DNA of 64,000 nt, from the NCBI GenBank assembly GCA_037447605.1, contig CM074808.1, positions 1,054,001 through 1,118,000 of the forward strand, written 5' to 3'. Shown here one piece after another: positions 13,802-27,100 of the stretch. How positions within the stretch are numbered: position 1 is the stretch's first letter; each line of letters begins with the position of its first letter. The notes below the pieces were generated by a model. The model did not search any database, was not told where the DNA came from, and was given only the letters and a program-made list of their open reading frames with translations. The DNA is from Zygnema circumcarinatum SAG 698-1b (lineage: Eukaryota; Plantae; Zygnematophyceae). A program made the position numbers and the translations under genes.

Positions 13802-16800
13802 ATGCAGGCCCTCCGGCGAGCTGTCTGGGGCCGCACTCTCCGCCAGCTACCGCGCAGCTTACCAGTCGTGCAGCCAGCAGTGCGAGTGCTGCAGGTGCGG
13901 AGCGAGAGACGTTTAAGGGTTCCATGGCTCCTGTTCTGTCAGTGGCAGAGCTGGTTCTTTCTCAACTGACTCGTGCATAGGGCCTTAGCAGTGATACCCT
14001 CGCATGGTTCAAATCGTGAATCTCTTGCATTTCCTCGCAGAATCCTGTGGGTTGCGAATACTTAACATCAGCCAATACCTTTGAATTTCCATCCTCGGTT
14101 CGCTTTTTCTCTCCGGGACTACCAGCAGTAGACCATGCAGAAGCACATGCGGTAAGTCTGCAGACTTACATTCTTTAAGGTGTCGGTTGCTTTTGACTCT
14201 CCATCGGCTTAAAGTCTTTCATGCACTATCGTTCATCTGCTTAATTGTGCTCGGTTTTCTGTTCACGATGGAATTGTTATCTGCACTCAACATTTCATTG
14301 CTTACCGCCAGGAAGCAGGCATTTTGGTCATACGAAGGCTTATGGAACAGTTGATAGACAGCTGTCATGGGCCGGTTTGCATGCAGAGGATGGTTTTACC
14401 ATGAATACATCTGTGATAGAGATTTCTCACTTTTTTTCTGTGCATTTGAACAGCCAAAAGTTAAACTCTTGGTGGGAGGGGAGTTCCGCGACTCTGATAG
14501 TAGAGATTGGATTGACGTGACAAATCCGGTACGTTTGTACGTAACCCTTTTCACTCCCAGACCGGGATGCCGTGCATCCACAGCTTGTGCGCAATCATGT
14601 TGAAGACCGCTTACCGAAATTCATATGCTAACTCACTTCGCCTCCATTATTTTTTTACACTACTTTCTACATTAAATATAATTACTGAAGCCTGGTGTAA
14701 GTACTACGCAAACTCCATATTTGACAGTTTATTGAGCACGTTGAAGTCTATCCTAAAAATAATGAATACTACCATTTCGCGCCCCCTAGTGCGGCGCCCT
14801 CTCAAGCCTTAGTCCTGATGAGGTGAAATTCTATCCTCGTTTTCTATTTTACTCCATTTTGACTCCGATCATCTCCTGAATTTTACAGCCTTTCGTGTAT
14901 TCTCTTGGGCTTCCGCTCAAGCCCTACTCCTTTCCTCCTCCTCCGGTTTGTAACCAAAAAAATGTGAACTTCGAGTTGATAACTTCACTCGTGTATGGCA
15001 TTCCAGGCCACGCAGGAGGTAGTGTCTCGGTTGCCCATATGTTCAGCGGCAGAATTTGACGAAGCTGTTGCAGCAGCTAAAGCAGCATTCCCGAAGTGGA
15101 GGGATACTCCAGTGCCCGTTCGAGCACGAGTTATGTTGAAGTTGCAGGAGCTTATCCGGCGGGACATGGTGGGATCTGCATTGCCATGGCCAACTCCCAT
15201 AGCAGTCGAGAAGTTCTTTTTCGCTGGAAGCTGAATAGGACCCTGGCCTGAGACTACTCTCTGCATATCCGCATATTGAAACATTCTTTTTTTCCATTTT
15301 AAAGTGTCTCGTACGAGCAGCAACAAGGAAGGCTTGTGAAAGAAGTTATAAGCCCCAGATTTGAATGTTGGAATGAAGACGCAGCTATCTCTGAGACTGG
15401 ACATTGGTTTGGGTAAGGGGAGGGCTTCCCTTGACTTCAGGAGAAACTAGCAATGAACGTGACCCTAGAACAGGGCAAGACGCTTGCAGATGCCCGAGGA
15501 GATGTTTTTCGCGGCCTTGGTGAGCCTTTCCCCATCGACCCTCTCTGAGTTGACTTTCGTGAAGATGAAACACTTTCATTAAGATCACACACTTGTGTGT
15601 AAGAGTTCTTCCATGGCCTTATTGACTCCCTGGTTGCTGTCATCGTGTGTGCGGGAGAGCAGAGGTGGTAGAGCAAGCATGCGGAATGGCTGCCTACCAA
15701 ATGGGCGAGCTCGTTGAGAATGTGTCAGCCGGCATGGACACATACAGCATCCGCCAGCCTTTGGGTGTATGCGCAGGAATTTGCCCCTTCAATTTCCCGG
15801 CTATGATCCCTCTCTGGGTATGCCACCATGCATCTCCCACTAAGGACTCCCTAATTCCTTCTGGGCTCTCAGAGCCTTCTAAGCTTGGCTTCTAAGCTTC
15901 AATATCTTCTCTTTCTGCGATAATTACTTTTTTGATTGGGCCCATCCATCGCTCCCCTCCAGATGTTCCCCTTCGCAGTTACAACAGGCAACACTTTTGT
16001 TTTGAAACCTTCCGAGAAGGACCCCGGCGCCGCCATGCTATTGGCTGAACTTGCAATGGAGGCAGGGCTGCCAGCTGGCGTGCTCAATGTAGTGCACGGA
16101 ACCACAGTGAGTGTGCCCTTACCCGACAGAGCAACGTGTGGTTATTGGCATGGAATCAGTTTCGCGGTTGCCTATCTTGCGTTGTTTTTGTAATGGAATC
16201 TTCTGGAGGGCGAGCAGGAAGTGGTGAATAGAATTTGTGACCATCCGGACATCAAGGCGATTTCCTTTGTGGGGTCGGATCGGGTGAGTTCATGGAATTC
16301 TCTGTCATCTACTTTTCTATTAATTTAGCTCGCAATCTCTTGCCTGACCCATCCTGTCTCTTATTCGTACTTAGGAGGAAGCTGGTAAATTGCCCAACAT
16401 CTGAAGCTCTTTCAGCATCCGGTGTTATGTAACTACCATTGGAAGGGCTGCAGGCAGGCCGACACATTTATGCGCGTGCTGCAGCCAATGGGAAGCGAGT
16501 GCAGGTATATGGCATTTCTCTGCCCAACGATTTCATGATTCACAACCTTGGCTTTTAGGGTTTGAAATCCTTAGGAGGAAGCAAAGAAGACAAGTGACGT
16601 CTATCACACTATCAATTATAAGGCCAGCACTTTGTTGTAGTACACAAGCTGGTACGACTTTTGTGTAAGGCATAGATTAGCACTAAAGAGCGTCAACTCG
16701 AGGATTAGGAAGCTCTATGCGATGAATGACAGAGAGATTTGTGGGGGAGGTTGGCAGTGCAACATGGGCGCAAAGAACCACGCGGTGGTGCTGCCCGATG

Positions 16801-19106
16801 CGGACGCGGGGGCTGCTCTCAATGCGCTCGTGGGGGCATCCATGGGCGCGGCGGGGCAGCGATGTATGGCAATCAGCACCGCTCTCTTTGTGGGGGGCTC
16901 CCAGCCATGGTAAGAAGCCCCTCCCTCTCCCTCTCCCTCTCCCTCTCCCTCTCCCTCTNNNNNNNNNNCTCCCCCTCCCCCTCCCCCTCCACAACATTCC
17001 TGCTCACTTTCGCTCTTGGCTCCTTCTTGACTCGGAATCGCACGCTCTCTTTCTTTTCTTTCTTTTCCTTCATTGCTCTTTCTTTCTGATGCCCCTTTTG
17101 GCGAGGCAGGGAGGAGGGGCTGGTGGAGCGTGCCCAGAACTTGAAGGTGAGTGCGGGAGTGGAGGTGGGAGCGGATCTCGGCCCCGTCATCTCCCCAGAG
17201 GTGAGGCTTGGGCTGCTCGCCACTCTCCTTCTGCAAGGGGCAATCGTACTACTTTTGAAGGTCACTTTACTTTGGTTCATTCAAGACAGCATGTGGGTAA
17301 GGGCGCAGCTGAACTCGGATTGTGTTGTAACTCCTGCAGGCAAAGGACCGCATTCACAGCCTTATTCAGAGCGCTGTTGATGAGGGAGCTCGGGTTCTGC
17401 TCGATGGGCGGGGAATTAAGGTGAGGTGAGGCATTACCCCATTTTTCCACTTTCACTTACTTTCGTTCGACTCAACCAGAAAATATCTTTTGCCCCCTGA
17501 AAATGCTCCCCACCCCGGGATGTTTAAACTTTTCAATTGTTTTTTTTTCACATCTGAAGCCTTTCTATTAAGGAATCTATGGCACTTTCCAAACTTGAAA
17601 TGTCATAAATATTCAATAAGATATCTTTGGTCAAAGGCACGGTGAAAAGACCAAAAGACCCGCCCTGCTCTTGCCTCGCCATTTAACGAAACTGGGTTTC
17701 GTCCGTACAAACGAAGGTTTGAACAGTTTGTGACTTTATGAAATGCCATTGAATCCAACGGTGTTCCGTTTTTTTTCGGTGGCATTTTTTCCGGTTGCAG
17801 CTGTTGCGGCTGATGTCAGGATACTCCCTCCCTCAAATTGTGCTCATTTCCTCTTGCTACGGTTACTTTCAGTGAAAAAAAAAAAAAACCCCATCCGATT
17901 GATTTAGTGTTGCAGAATGGAGATTGTTAAAAGGAGGGTTAGTTAAGTTGATGGAGAGGGCGGGATGGAAATCAGGTGGACGGCTATGAACAGGGCAACT
18001 TTGTGGGGCCCACCATCATCGCTGACGTCACACCCGACATGACGTGCTATAAGGTGAGGACTGAACTGCTGAGATTTCAATAAAATAAAATAAAATAAAA
18101 TTGTTTGTTGGTGGAAAGCCGAAGTAGTGAATTGAACTCCGCGGTGCTTTTTCGTGGTTGCAGGAGGAGATATTTGGGCCAGTGCTGCTCCTCATGAAGG
18201 TGAGGGAGGGGGATGGATGAAGGGAGCTGCTCGTAACCTGCATTTGTAGAGGATTGAATATTTGAAACTCGCGTTTTTAAAGAAAAGTAATAACCTGCTG
18301 CTTCACTGTTGGCCCTTTCACTTCGTTGCGTGTGTGCAGGCAGACGGTTTGGAGGATGCGATTCAGATAGTGAATGCGAACCCGTATGTTTCGCCGACCC
18401 TTCCCGGCAACTGAAAGTGATGGTTGTTGCCATGTTTTATTGTCTGTTTCCGAGCACCTTCACGCTGCACTCACAGCACATGTTCTGTGTTGCAGGTACG
18501 GCAACGGCACCGCCATTTTCACAAAGTCTGGAGCTGCTGCTCGTAAATTCCAACATGAGATCGATGCTGGACAGGTATTGTCGCATGCATTACATCTCCG
18601 TAACCATTTTTCCATACAGTTTGTGGATGGGACGCTTCACAAGCAGAACTTAGAGTGTTGAGACTCAGATGCTACATTGATAGAGACATTGTTCTTCATA
18701 CACTCAAAGTACTTTTGTACTTTTGCTTTGATATGCAGGTCGGCATCAACGTTCCGATTCCTGTTCCGCTGCCCTTCTTCTCCTTCACAGGCTCGAGGGC
18801 CTCCTTTGCCGGAGACCTCAATTTCTATGGTGAGAACTTGCTTTGCTCCCTGAAGCCCATTGAAATCTGTTTTGGGAAAGTTAGCTTTTTAATGCAGTAA
18901 GGACTGGATGATGCAAAGGGGGAGAATGCACACACCCTAAGGCTTCTATGAGTTCTAACCTTAAAGAATTGGATGAATGGCTTCCTGGCCCAGGCAAAGC
19001 AGGTGTGCAGTTTTACACACAGATCAAGACAGTCACAGCATTATGGAGAGACAGCGACCTTTCTGGCAAAGTCGTTACCACTTTCCCAAACGCGCACAAG
19101 GTCTAG
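13802..19106 (+). CDS. ALDH6B2: Methylmalonate-semialdehyde dehydrogenase (ALDH6), mitochondrial, many exons
   Basis: Arg-rich presequence [15 protein letters not shown]. Exons encode [70 protein letters not shown] (catalytic Cys), [52 protein letters not shown]. Stop TAG at 19104-19106. Confidence 0.96.
16919..16990. repeat. (CTCTCC)n microsatellite in ALDH6 intron, interrupted by an N gap
   Basis: Direct reading of the sequence. Confidence 0.85.
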
Positions 19107-20650
19107 GTCCTGCAATTTGAGAGGTCTGAAAGCTTTCAGGAAAAGAACGCGAGGTTCCGTTGAGTAGGAGACTGTCGTCTGCCTATTTGGGACCATGAAA
19201 TTAGTGTATGGTCCTTGATAATAGAACCTTTTGTGTATAGTGGCGGACTTTAGTAGATGTTGGCGAAGGGTGTTCTTCAGCAGCAGGTGTTTACCGACCC
19301 GGGGAGACATCATTGTCAATGGTTTAGTGGAGGCTTGGAAGAGGCTTACGTGGAGGCTTGCAGGTCCTGTTGGTTACTTGGCCAGAATATAGCGCTGTCT
19401 CCATCTGGACACGAAGTAGAGTATGTTTCCATGAACTCGTCAAAAGTCAAAAAGAGAGCATACATGCACACTAATGTTCGGGGGTAGTTTGGTGCTTGCA
19501 ACGAAAACATTTCAACAGCGATGTAAAATTTTGCGATCCAAAATGTTCAAGAACACAAATGCAAATGCTTGTATACAGAACAGGAGTTAATGAACTGAAC
19601 TAATTGCGCGGAGTGCGATGTCCTTGCCCCGCCCCTCTCGCCAACAAACGAACAAGACAAATAGCGGGAGACAGAGAAAATTTAGCTTTTTTGCCCAGTT
19701 CGCCTTCACTTTACGCTTGGATTTGTAGTAACCTAAGTGCCATGGCCCACGGAGTACCTTCAGGCCATGGGTACATCCACACTCTCTGAACCGATTAGGG
19801 TTCAGAGGGACTTGAAGAATCGCCTTAATCCTTGTGCATGACCCACATGCAATTGCTGGCCTTTGTATTCGTGTAGAGAGGCTAGAAGCTAGGCCTGCCT
19901 GCCTGCCTCAGGCATCTCGCCGTGTCTTCGTGCCGTGCATGCAGAGGGTCCGCGGTGCATCTATTAAAGGTTGGTCTTTGGCGAGTGGTATTACCGAAAC
20001 ATACCTGCTCGATCACGGCATGGCTCGACTAGCTCGCTCATAGAGATCACCAAATACACAGTTCTAGTTACTTGTTCGGCCACTATTTCCATGGAAGATT
20101 CAGCACTTACTCGTTCTTTGTAAGATTAAAGTCCTTGCCATCACAAGTTTTGCAATAAACTCACACACCACACAGCTAGCGCGACTCCCTCATCTCAACA
20201 TCTCATTCATTCAAAGCATTCTAACAAACCATCAAACTGTATCACAGTTTTACGACAAGTTCCTTGTATTCGAACTGTGTGCGAACATGGAGCATGAAAC
20301 ATGGTGGCCGCTACCCCCATGATGGCCACCCCCCCATCCATCCATCCATCCATCCCACCCATCCCATCCCATCTCATCCCATGCCATGCCTCCAGGGACC
20401 CCTCCCTCCCTCCGGCCCGGCCCCACCGCGCCGACCCAAAACGGTCACGCTCGGTCGGACCGTTCGGACCGCCGGAACCAACGGCGTGACGTGACCGAAG
20501 CGACAAAAGAAGTCCTCGCTGGCCCTCCTGCCGCGTCACCGACAATCGCACGTGCGGGTCCACCAGAAGTTGACAAGGTTTGACCGGGTCACCACCACAG
20601 GTTTGACCACATTCGCCACTCCTGACGCGCCACGTGTCCGNNNNNNNNNN

Positions 20651-22209
20651 TTCCGATTCCTGTTCCGCTGCCCTTCTTCTCCTTCACAGGCTCGAGGGCC
20701 TCCTTTGCCGGAGACCTCAATTTCTATGGTGAGAACTTGCTTTGCTCCCTGAAGCCCATTGAAATCTGTTTTGGGAAAGTTAGCTTTTTAATGCAGTAAG
20801 GACTGGATGATGCAAAGGGGGAGAATGCACACACCCTAAGGCTTCTATGAGTTCTAACCTTAAAGAATTGGATGAATGGCTTCCTGGCCCAGGCAAAGCA
20901 GGTGTGCAGTTTTACACACAGATCAAGACAGTCACAGCATTATGGAGAGACAGCGACCTTTCTGGCAAAGTCGTTACCACTTTCCCAAACGCGCACAAGG
21001 TCTAGGTCCTGCAATTTGAGAGGTCTGAAAGCTTTCAGGAAAAGAACGCGAGGTTCCGTTGAGTAGGAGACTGTCGTCTGCCTATTTGGGACCATGAAAT
21101 TAGTGTATGGTCCTTGATAATAGAACCTTTTGTGTATAGTGGCGGACTTTAGTAGATGTTGGCGAAGGGTGTTCTTCAGCAGCAGGTGTTTACCGACCCG
21201 GGGAGACATCATTGTCAATGGTTTAGTGGAGGCTTGGAAGAGGCTTACGTGGAGGCTTGCAGGTCCTGTTGGTTACTTGGCCAGAATATAGCGCTGTCTC
21301 CATCTGGACACGAAGTAGAGTATGTTTCCATGAACTCGTCAAAAGTCAAAAAGAGAGCATACATGCACACTAATGTTCGGGGGTAGTTTGGTGCTTGCAA
21401 CGAAAACATTTCAACAGCGATGTAAAATTTTGCGATCCAAAATGTTCAAGAACACAAATGCAAATGCTTGTATACAGAACAGGAGTTAATGAACTGAACT
21501 AATTGCGCGGAGTGCGATGTCCTTGCCCCGCCCCTCTCGCCAACAAACGAACAAGACAAATAGCGGGAGACAGAGAAAATTTAGCTTTTTTGCCCAGTTC
21601 GCCTTCACTTTACGCTTGGATTTGTAGTAACCTAAGTGCCATGGCCCACGGAGTACCTTCAGGCCATGGGTACATCCACACTCTCTGAACCGATTAGGGT
21701 TCAGAGGGACTTGAAGAATCGCCTTAATCCTTGTGCATGACCCACATGCAATTGCTGGCCTTTGTATTCGTGTAGAGAGGCTAGAAGCTAGGCCTGCCTG
21801 CCTGCCTCAGGCATCTCGCCGTGTCTTCGTGCCGTGCATGCAGAGGGTCCGCGGTGCATCTATTAAAGGTTGGTCTTTGGCGAGTGGTATTACCGAAACA
21901 TACCTGCTCGATCACGGCATGGCTCGACTAGCTCGCTCATAGAGATCACCAAATACACAGTTCTAGTTACTTGTTCGGCCACTATTTCCATGGAAGATTC
22001 AGCACTTTACTCGTTCTTTGTAAGATTAAAGTCCTTGCCATCACAAGTTTTGCAATAAACTCACACACCACACAGCTAGCGCGACTCCCTCATCTCAACA
22101 TCTCATTCATTCAAAGCATTCTAACAAACCATCAAACTGTATCACAGTTTTACGACAAGTTCCTTGTATTCGAACTGTGTGCGAACATGGAGCATGAAAC
22201 ATGGTGGCC
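20651..22209 (+). repeat. Near-identical direct copy of 18752-20309 (ALDH6 3' exons and downstream), bounded by N gaps
   Basis: Identical by eye except a 1-nt indel (CAGCACTTAC vs CAGCACTTTAC). Both ends abut 10-N gaps. The ORF track repeats with an offset of 1899. Confidence 0.92.
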
Positions 22210-22445
22210 NNNNNNNNNNGAGGGAGGGAGGGAGGGAGGGAGGACTGGGAGGGAGGACTGGGAGGGAGGATGACGGGGCCGGGGGGGGGGGCGCTTGTTG
22301 TGAATAAGGGGGGTGGGCATGGACGTTTGAGGCTCGCATATGCGTCACTTCCAGCAGCGGTTTGATAGCGGGGGTGGTGATGGTTCTAATATGTACACTA
22401 ATTCTGATAAAGTGGTGTCTATCCTGGCGGATATGTCCATATAAT

Positions 22446-23158
22446 TTATAAACCTACAAGTTACAGCCTACAGCCGCATCCGCGGCGCCAATGCTGAGCG
22501 TCTCGTGTGTGTCTTCATCATGACTCTGCATCCCATCCGCACGCATTTGGAACTTTCACCAAAATGATGGAGAAAAATCATGGTGCGCCCCCGAGCTCGA
22601 GAGAGCTCCAAGCCCACGCATGCATGAAGCCACGCATGCATGCATGCATGCATGCGCGTGCATGGCTCACCTGGTCCGCTCGGCAGGGGCCCGCTTTCGG
22701 GGTCCGCCAGAGCCTTCCGCGGAATGGGCTGTACGGCGCCGTCCACGCACACGGTCTTGCCCGCCTGCAAGGGGCTGCAGTTGAGGCCCGCGTTGAGCAG
22801 AGTGAAGAGCGAGGCGGAGATGTGGTACTTCTGCATGAGGGAGAGACACAAGTCGCCCTTCTTCGCCACCACCGTCTTAGTGCAGCACTTCCTCAGCCCC
22901 CCCGCGCTGATCCCTGCAGCACACACCATTTCGCTCCTTGTGAGAGAGGGGGGGTTGGAGGAGAGCAGAGGAGATGAGCTGCAATGCTGGACACGGGCAT
23001 CAGCTTGCTCTCCCTCTCCCTCTCTCTCTATCTTTCTCTCACGCAGAATCACAGCGCGTACCCGGGCACAGGAGGAGCAACAGCAGTACAGCCGCTACTG
23101 CCTGCACGCACGACCGACGGGCTCGTGCGGCGCCTTGGAACCGCGAACTGCCCTGCAT
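22446..23158 (-). CDS. Small secreted Cys-rich single-LysM-domain protein (~115 aa)
   Basis: Exon 1 23158-23062 encodes signal-peptide-like MQGSSRFQGAARARRSCVQAVAAVLLLLLLCPG. Exon 2 22913-22671 encodes CCTKTVVAKKGDLCLSLMQKYHISASLFTLLNAGLNCSPLQAGKTVCV, a LysM with fungal-type Cys pattern. A tiny terminal exon lies near 22446-22467 (acceptor ambiguous). Confidence 0.8.
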
Positions 23159-24144
23159 GCTTGCTTGCTAGCAGGGAGCGAGAGAGAGAGAGAGGGAGAG
23201 AGAGAGAGAGAGAGAGATCAATAGCGGAGGACAGAGAGCAGCGCACGAAATGTCAGAGAGACGTGTGTGCGGGCGGAGGGAGGCCGGGACGCGCTCGAGG
23301 GAGAGGGAGAGGGATGGGGAGAGGAAGAGGGAGAGGGAGAGAGGGAGAGGAGAGGGTAGCGGCAGACCGGGACCGCCGCAGCAATTTGGGGCGTGGGGCA
23401 GGAGCCGCAGGACAAGCCCCGCCGTATGGCCGCCAGCTGAGGACTGTACGGCCTGACTGCCGACCACTTGCAGGTGGGCACGTGGCGGCCCGCGGGCTCC
23501 CGCGCGGAGCCGCTTGGGGTTTTGTCGGATGCGGTTGGGCGCGGACGGTTGGGCGCGGACAGTTTTGGCCGCTTGCGGGGACATGTGGCCATTTGTACAG
23601 TTGGTACGGTCCGGAGTGGCCGGACCATACAGTACGGCATGAAATTCGGATCTGTACGGTACTTTGACCGTATCGATTTGTCCTATGGAGCGTCCGTACA
23701 GATCGTAAGTTGGTACTTCGCCAGTTCTCCAGGTTTGTAACCAAAAACCGGGGACGTCAACTGTCGCACGGTGGCCTTTGACTGACGGCTTTGTCAGCGC
23801 ACGGGCGAAAAAGTAGAAGAAAAAAAAATAAAATGAATGAAAGGGTGCTGAATTTGTGAGGGCGAAGCCCCCCATTTGGCGGTGGCTCGTTCGAATGAAT
23901 GTCCGCGCCCTGCCTTCGAATGTTTTGTTAAGAGAACATGTTTTTTCAAGTCTGTGAGAACTGTGACTGACAATAGCACTGGTGGTTCCCTCTGTTCAGA
24001 AGGTTAGTAATTGCCCTGGTTAACCACGCCGTGTTTACAGGTAGAAACCGCCACAGAATATGACATCAGCGACCAAAGCTTAACCTATATAATGAACGAA
24101 AGCTTTTTTGAAAGTGAAAGGGAAGCCGAGATTGCACATCGTCG

Positions 24145-27100
24145 CTATGGGCTTTTCATCCACTGCTGAAAATAAGTCTGCATGCGCCGCCGATCCTCCG
24201 CCTTTCCCACATTCACAGTGGGAACAATTCTGCCGGGTCGAAGAAACTGCCAAACAGAAGCAACAGCAGCACTAATCAGAGGGAGGTCCATTCAAAGAGA
24301 CACATTAATTAAAAAATGTGCCGAGAGAGCCCAAAAAATCACCTGCACAAACTCCCGCAACTCGTTGAAGCTCGAGTGTTCACTATATGGAACGCCTACA
24401 GCCACCCCCATTCCCAAATGGAAGCAAGATTTTTGGTTAAGAGGGAGGGTGAGGCTTGGAGATCTAAGCGAACGGTGGAGGATTTAGAAGAATGAATGAC
24501 TGTCTCCTGTAGATGCTATTGATATGATGGTCCTGGAAAAGGGAGCTTCCCTTATGTCTTTCAACTTCAACACCAGTTACTTTAGAATTTGTATCGAAAT
24601 GAGGTCCTCACCATAAACAGAAACAACGCCGCTCGTTCGTGGCTTGACGAGTTCAAGCTTTGCTCCCAATCTCTCGTTATATGTCCATCCTGAGTGAAAA
24701 CAAGGCCAAGATAGTTTTTTTCAGTCATCCTGACAACCACGGTTTGCCTCTCTCTATTACTGCGAAACTCAACTCTGAGCTACACTTTCAACTTATCATT
24801 AAGCCTCTGCAGCCAATGAGCTGAAGGCAGGACCAAACCTGTGGGGCGAAAGGCAAGAACTGAACTGAAAAATGGCTCAAACCGCTTCAGATGTTCACGC
24901 AGCCTCTGCAGAAGCAGAGGATTCCCCTAAACCCATCAGGCAAAAAAAAAAAACCACCACCTAAAATTCACTTGTTTCCACTTTAAAGGCACCTATCTGT
25001 AAACAAAAAACATCTCAGCGTATAGAGGTGCGGTTCTCTAAAGTCTGGCAAGCGATACTCTGCCTGCCTTCCGTTCGGGCATGTCTGCTCCCTACTTGCC
25101 TATTCACACACACATTGTTTCACGTTTTTCTTCCTTAATGGGACTGAACCTTCCTTGCAATGCTTCCAATCCATTAACTCCAGATGAGCCACACCAGCAT
25201 CACGAGAGAGACTGAGAGGGGAATAGAGAGAGGGAGAAGTCTGCTTGCCAGCGGATTAAGGTGTCCAAGTGGGAGAACATGGAGTGGTGTAGTTGTGCCA
25301 TCTGTTGTGAGCCTGTCAGACAGCTCAGGCCACTCCAATGCCTGAAGAACTCTCTTCCGTCGGCTGTCCACACATATGTTCACCTGTTTTCCCGAACAGC
25401 TGAAATTAGCAGCAGATTCTGCCACTCCGTGTGGTTGCTACCTCCTCTCAAAGCTGTCCGGACCTCACCACCACTGATTCGATAACAAGTGTGGGTACAA
25501 AAAATCCGAAAATTAAGAAAAGTGAAGGAGCTTGGCTTCAAAGAAATGTAGAATTCAGGGCGCTATGGAGGAATTGAGAGACATAGGGAAGGTAGTAGGG
25601 TTGGGAGGAGGAAGGGAGGAGAAGGAAGGAGAGTGAAGGCAGTGCATGTCGAGAGAAGGGGGGGGACGTGGGGAAAAGGGGAGAGTGTGGGGAAAGAAGG
25701 AATTTGACGAAGTTAAACGAGGGGCCGGGTCAAAGTTGACGAGAGGAAGATATGGAGGTTCCAAGGATCACAAAAACGGTCCTTGCCTCTCCAGGCAGGC
25801 ACACTGCTTCAGGCTCTCTTTCTCTATGTACTTCCCCAGAGCTCTCTTTCTTTTCGCTCTGAAGTCGTGTGAACAGGTGTCACATATAGCAAGCGCACCT
25901 TGAGTGCCTGCGAAACGGCTAGAAAGAGCCTCTCCTTGCCGATGGAGTATGAACCCACCACCACAAGAGTTTTGCTGCTTCTCTGCACGCGCTGCAAGGT
26001 AGTCTCCACTACAAATCGAATCACATCCTCCTGCAGGGGGAAGCTGCTCCCGCCCCCCTCCTAATAATGACTCAGCATACACTACCTTCGGGCTTCTTCT
26101 CGCCAGTGAAAGAGTGCCTTTAAAGTGAAGCATACGAACGACAATTTGAGGAGGTATCTCCACTTCAGAGTGAAACAACCCAGAAAAATCAAAAGACTGG
26201 CGAATGACTTTGTCACAGCATTGCCAAAGCAGCGGCAATCGAACAATCAGGTGAGCTAAGCAAAAAGTGGTATGGCTGGTATGGTCTGCACACCAGTATC
26301 TGGGATGGCAATACGTTGTGTCAAGAAACAGAGCGTCGATGCGTACGCTGCGCAGATGTGGGTACGACTGCATTGCTTGACTCCCTCGGAAGTCCCCCGT
26401 GTGCAAAATGGCGGTGCCGGACGGTAGCCGGAAGAGGATAAGGGCTGCACCGGGACAGTGGTTGGCGGGGAGGAAGGTCACCTCCGCACAGCCCACCATT
26501 CGGCTGCCTCCAATTGGGAGGGGGCAGAGCCACCTGAGCACCCTCTTCTCTACATGAGGAAAGGCAGATAGTAGAGGGACGGGCTGACAGGAGAGGGCGT
26601 GATTTGGATAAGGATCTGCTTATGTAGAGAGTAATATTCTAGCGGATGTGGAAACCGATATGGGAACAGCGACCAGCAGAAGTATTAGATGGGAAAAGAA
26701 CGATGCTGTTTGACGTCTAGCCCCCACGACGGACATGTGAACTTCCACTATCTTCTGTTCCCACAATGTATGTGATCTGCTTACCGAGTATCCACTCCTA
26801 AGCACATCCTTGCTAATGTTGCGGTGACAGAAGTGCAGTATATGGGACCGTGCGTCCATGCCTTCGAGAGGCCCCCGTAATGGTCGCTGTGAAAGTGAGT
26901 AAGGAAATAGGCAGATATTCCTGGAATGGCGCCAAACATAAATGCATCTACAGCGAATGATGTTTCTGCACGGAAGAAAAGTGAACCCAACCCATGATTT
27001 TAATTCAGTATAAATAACACTTTGATGGCTCTAAACTACCCAAAAAAAAAAAAAAAAAAAAACCCTCCTCAACCTATCGTGGTTACAAAAACAGTACCTC

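Noticed and set aside
14815-14835. CTGATGAGGTGAAA hammerhead-like core in an ALDH6 intron
   Set aside because: Stems I, II and III cannot be formed from the flanking sequence.
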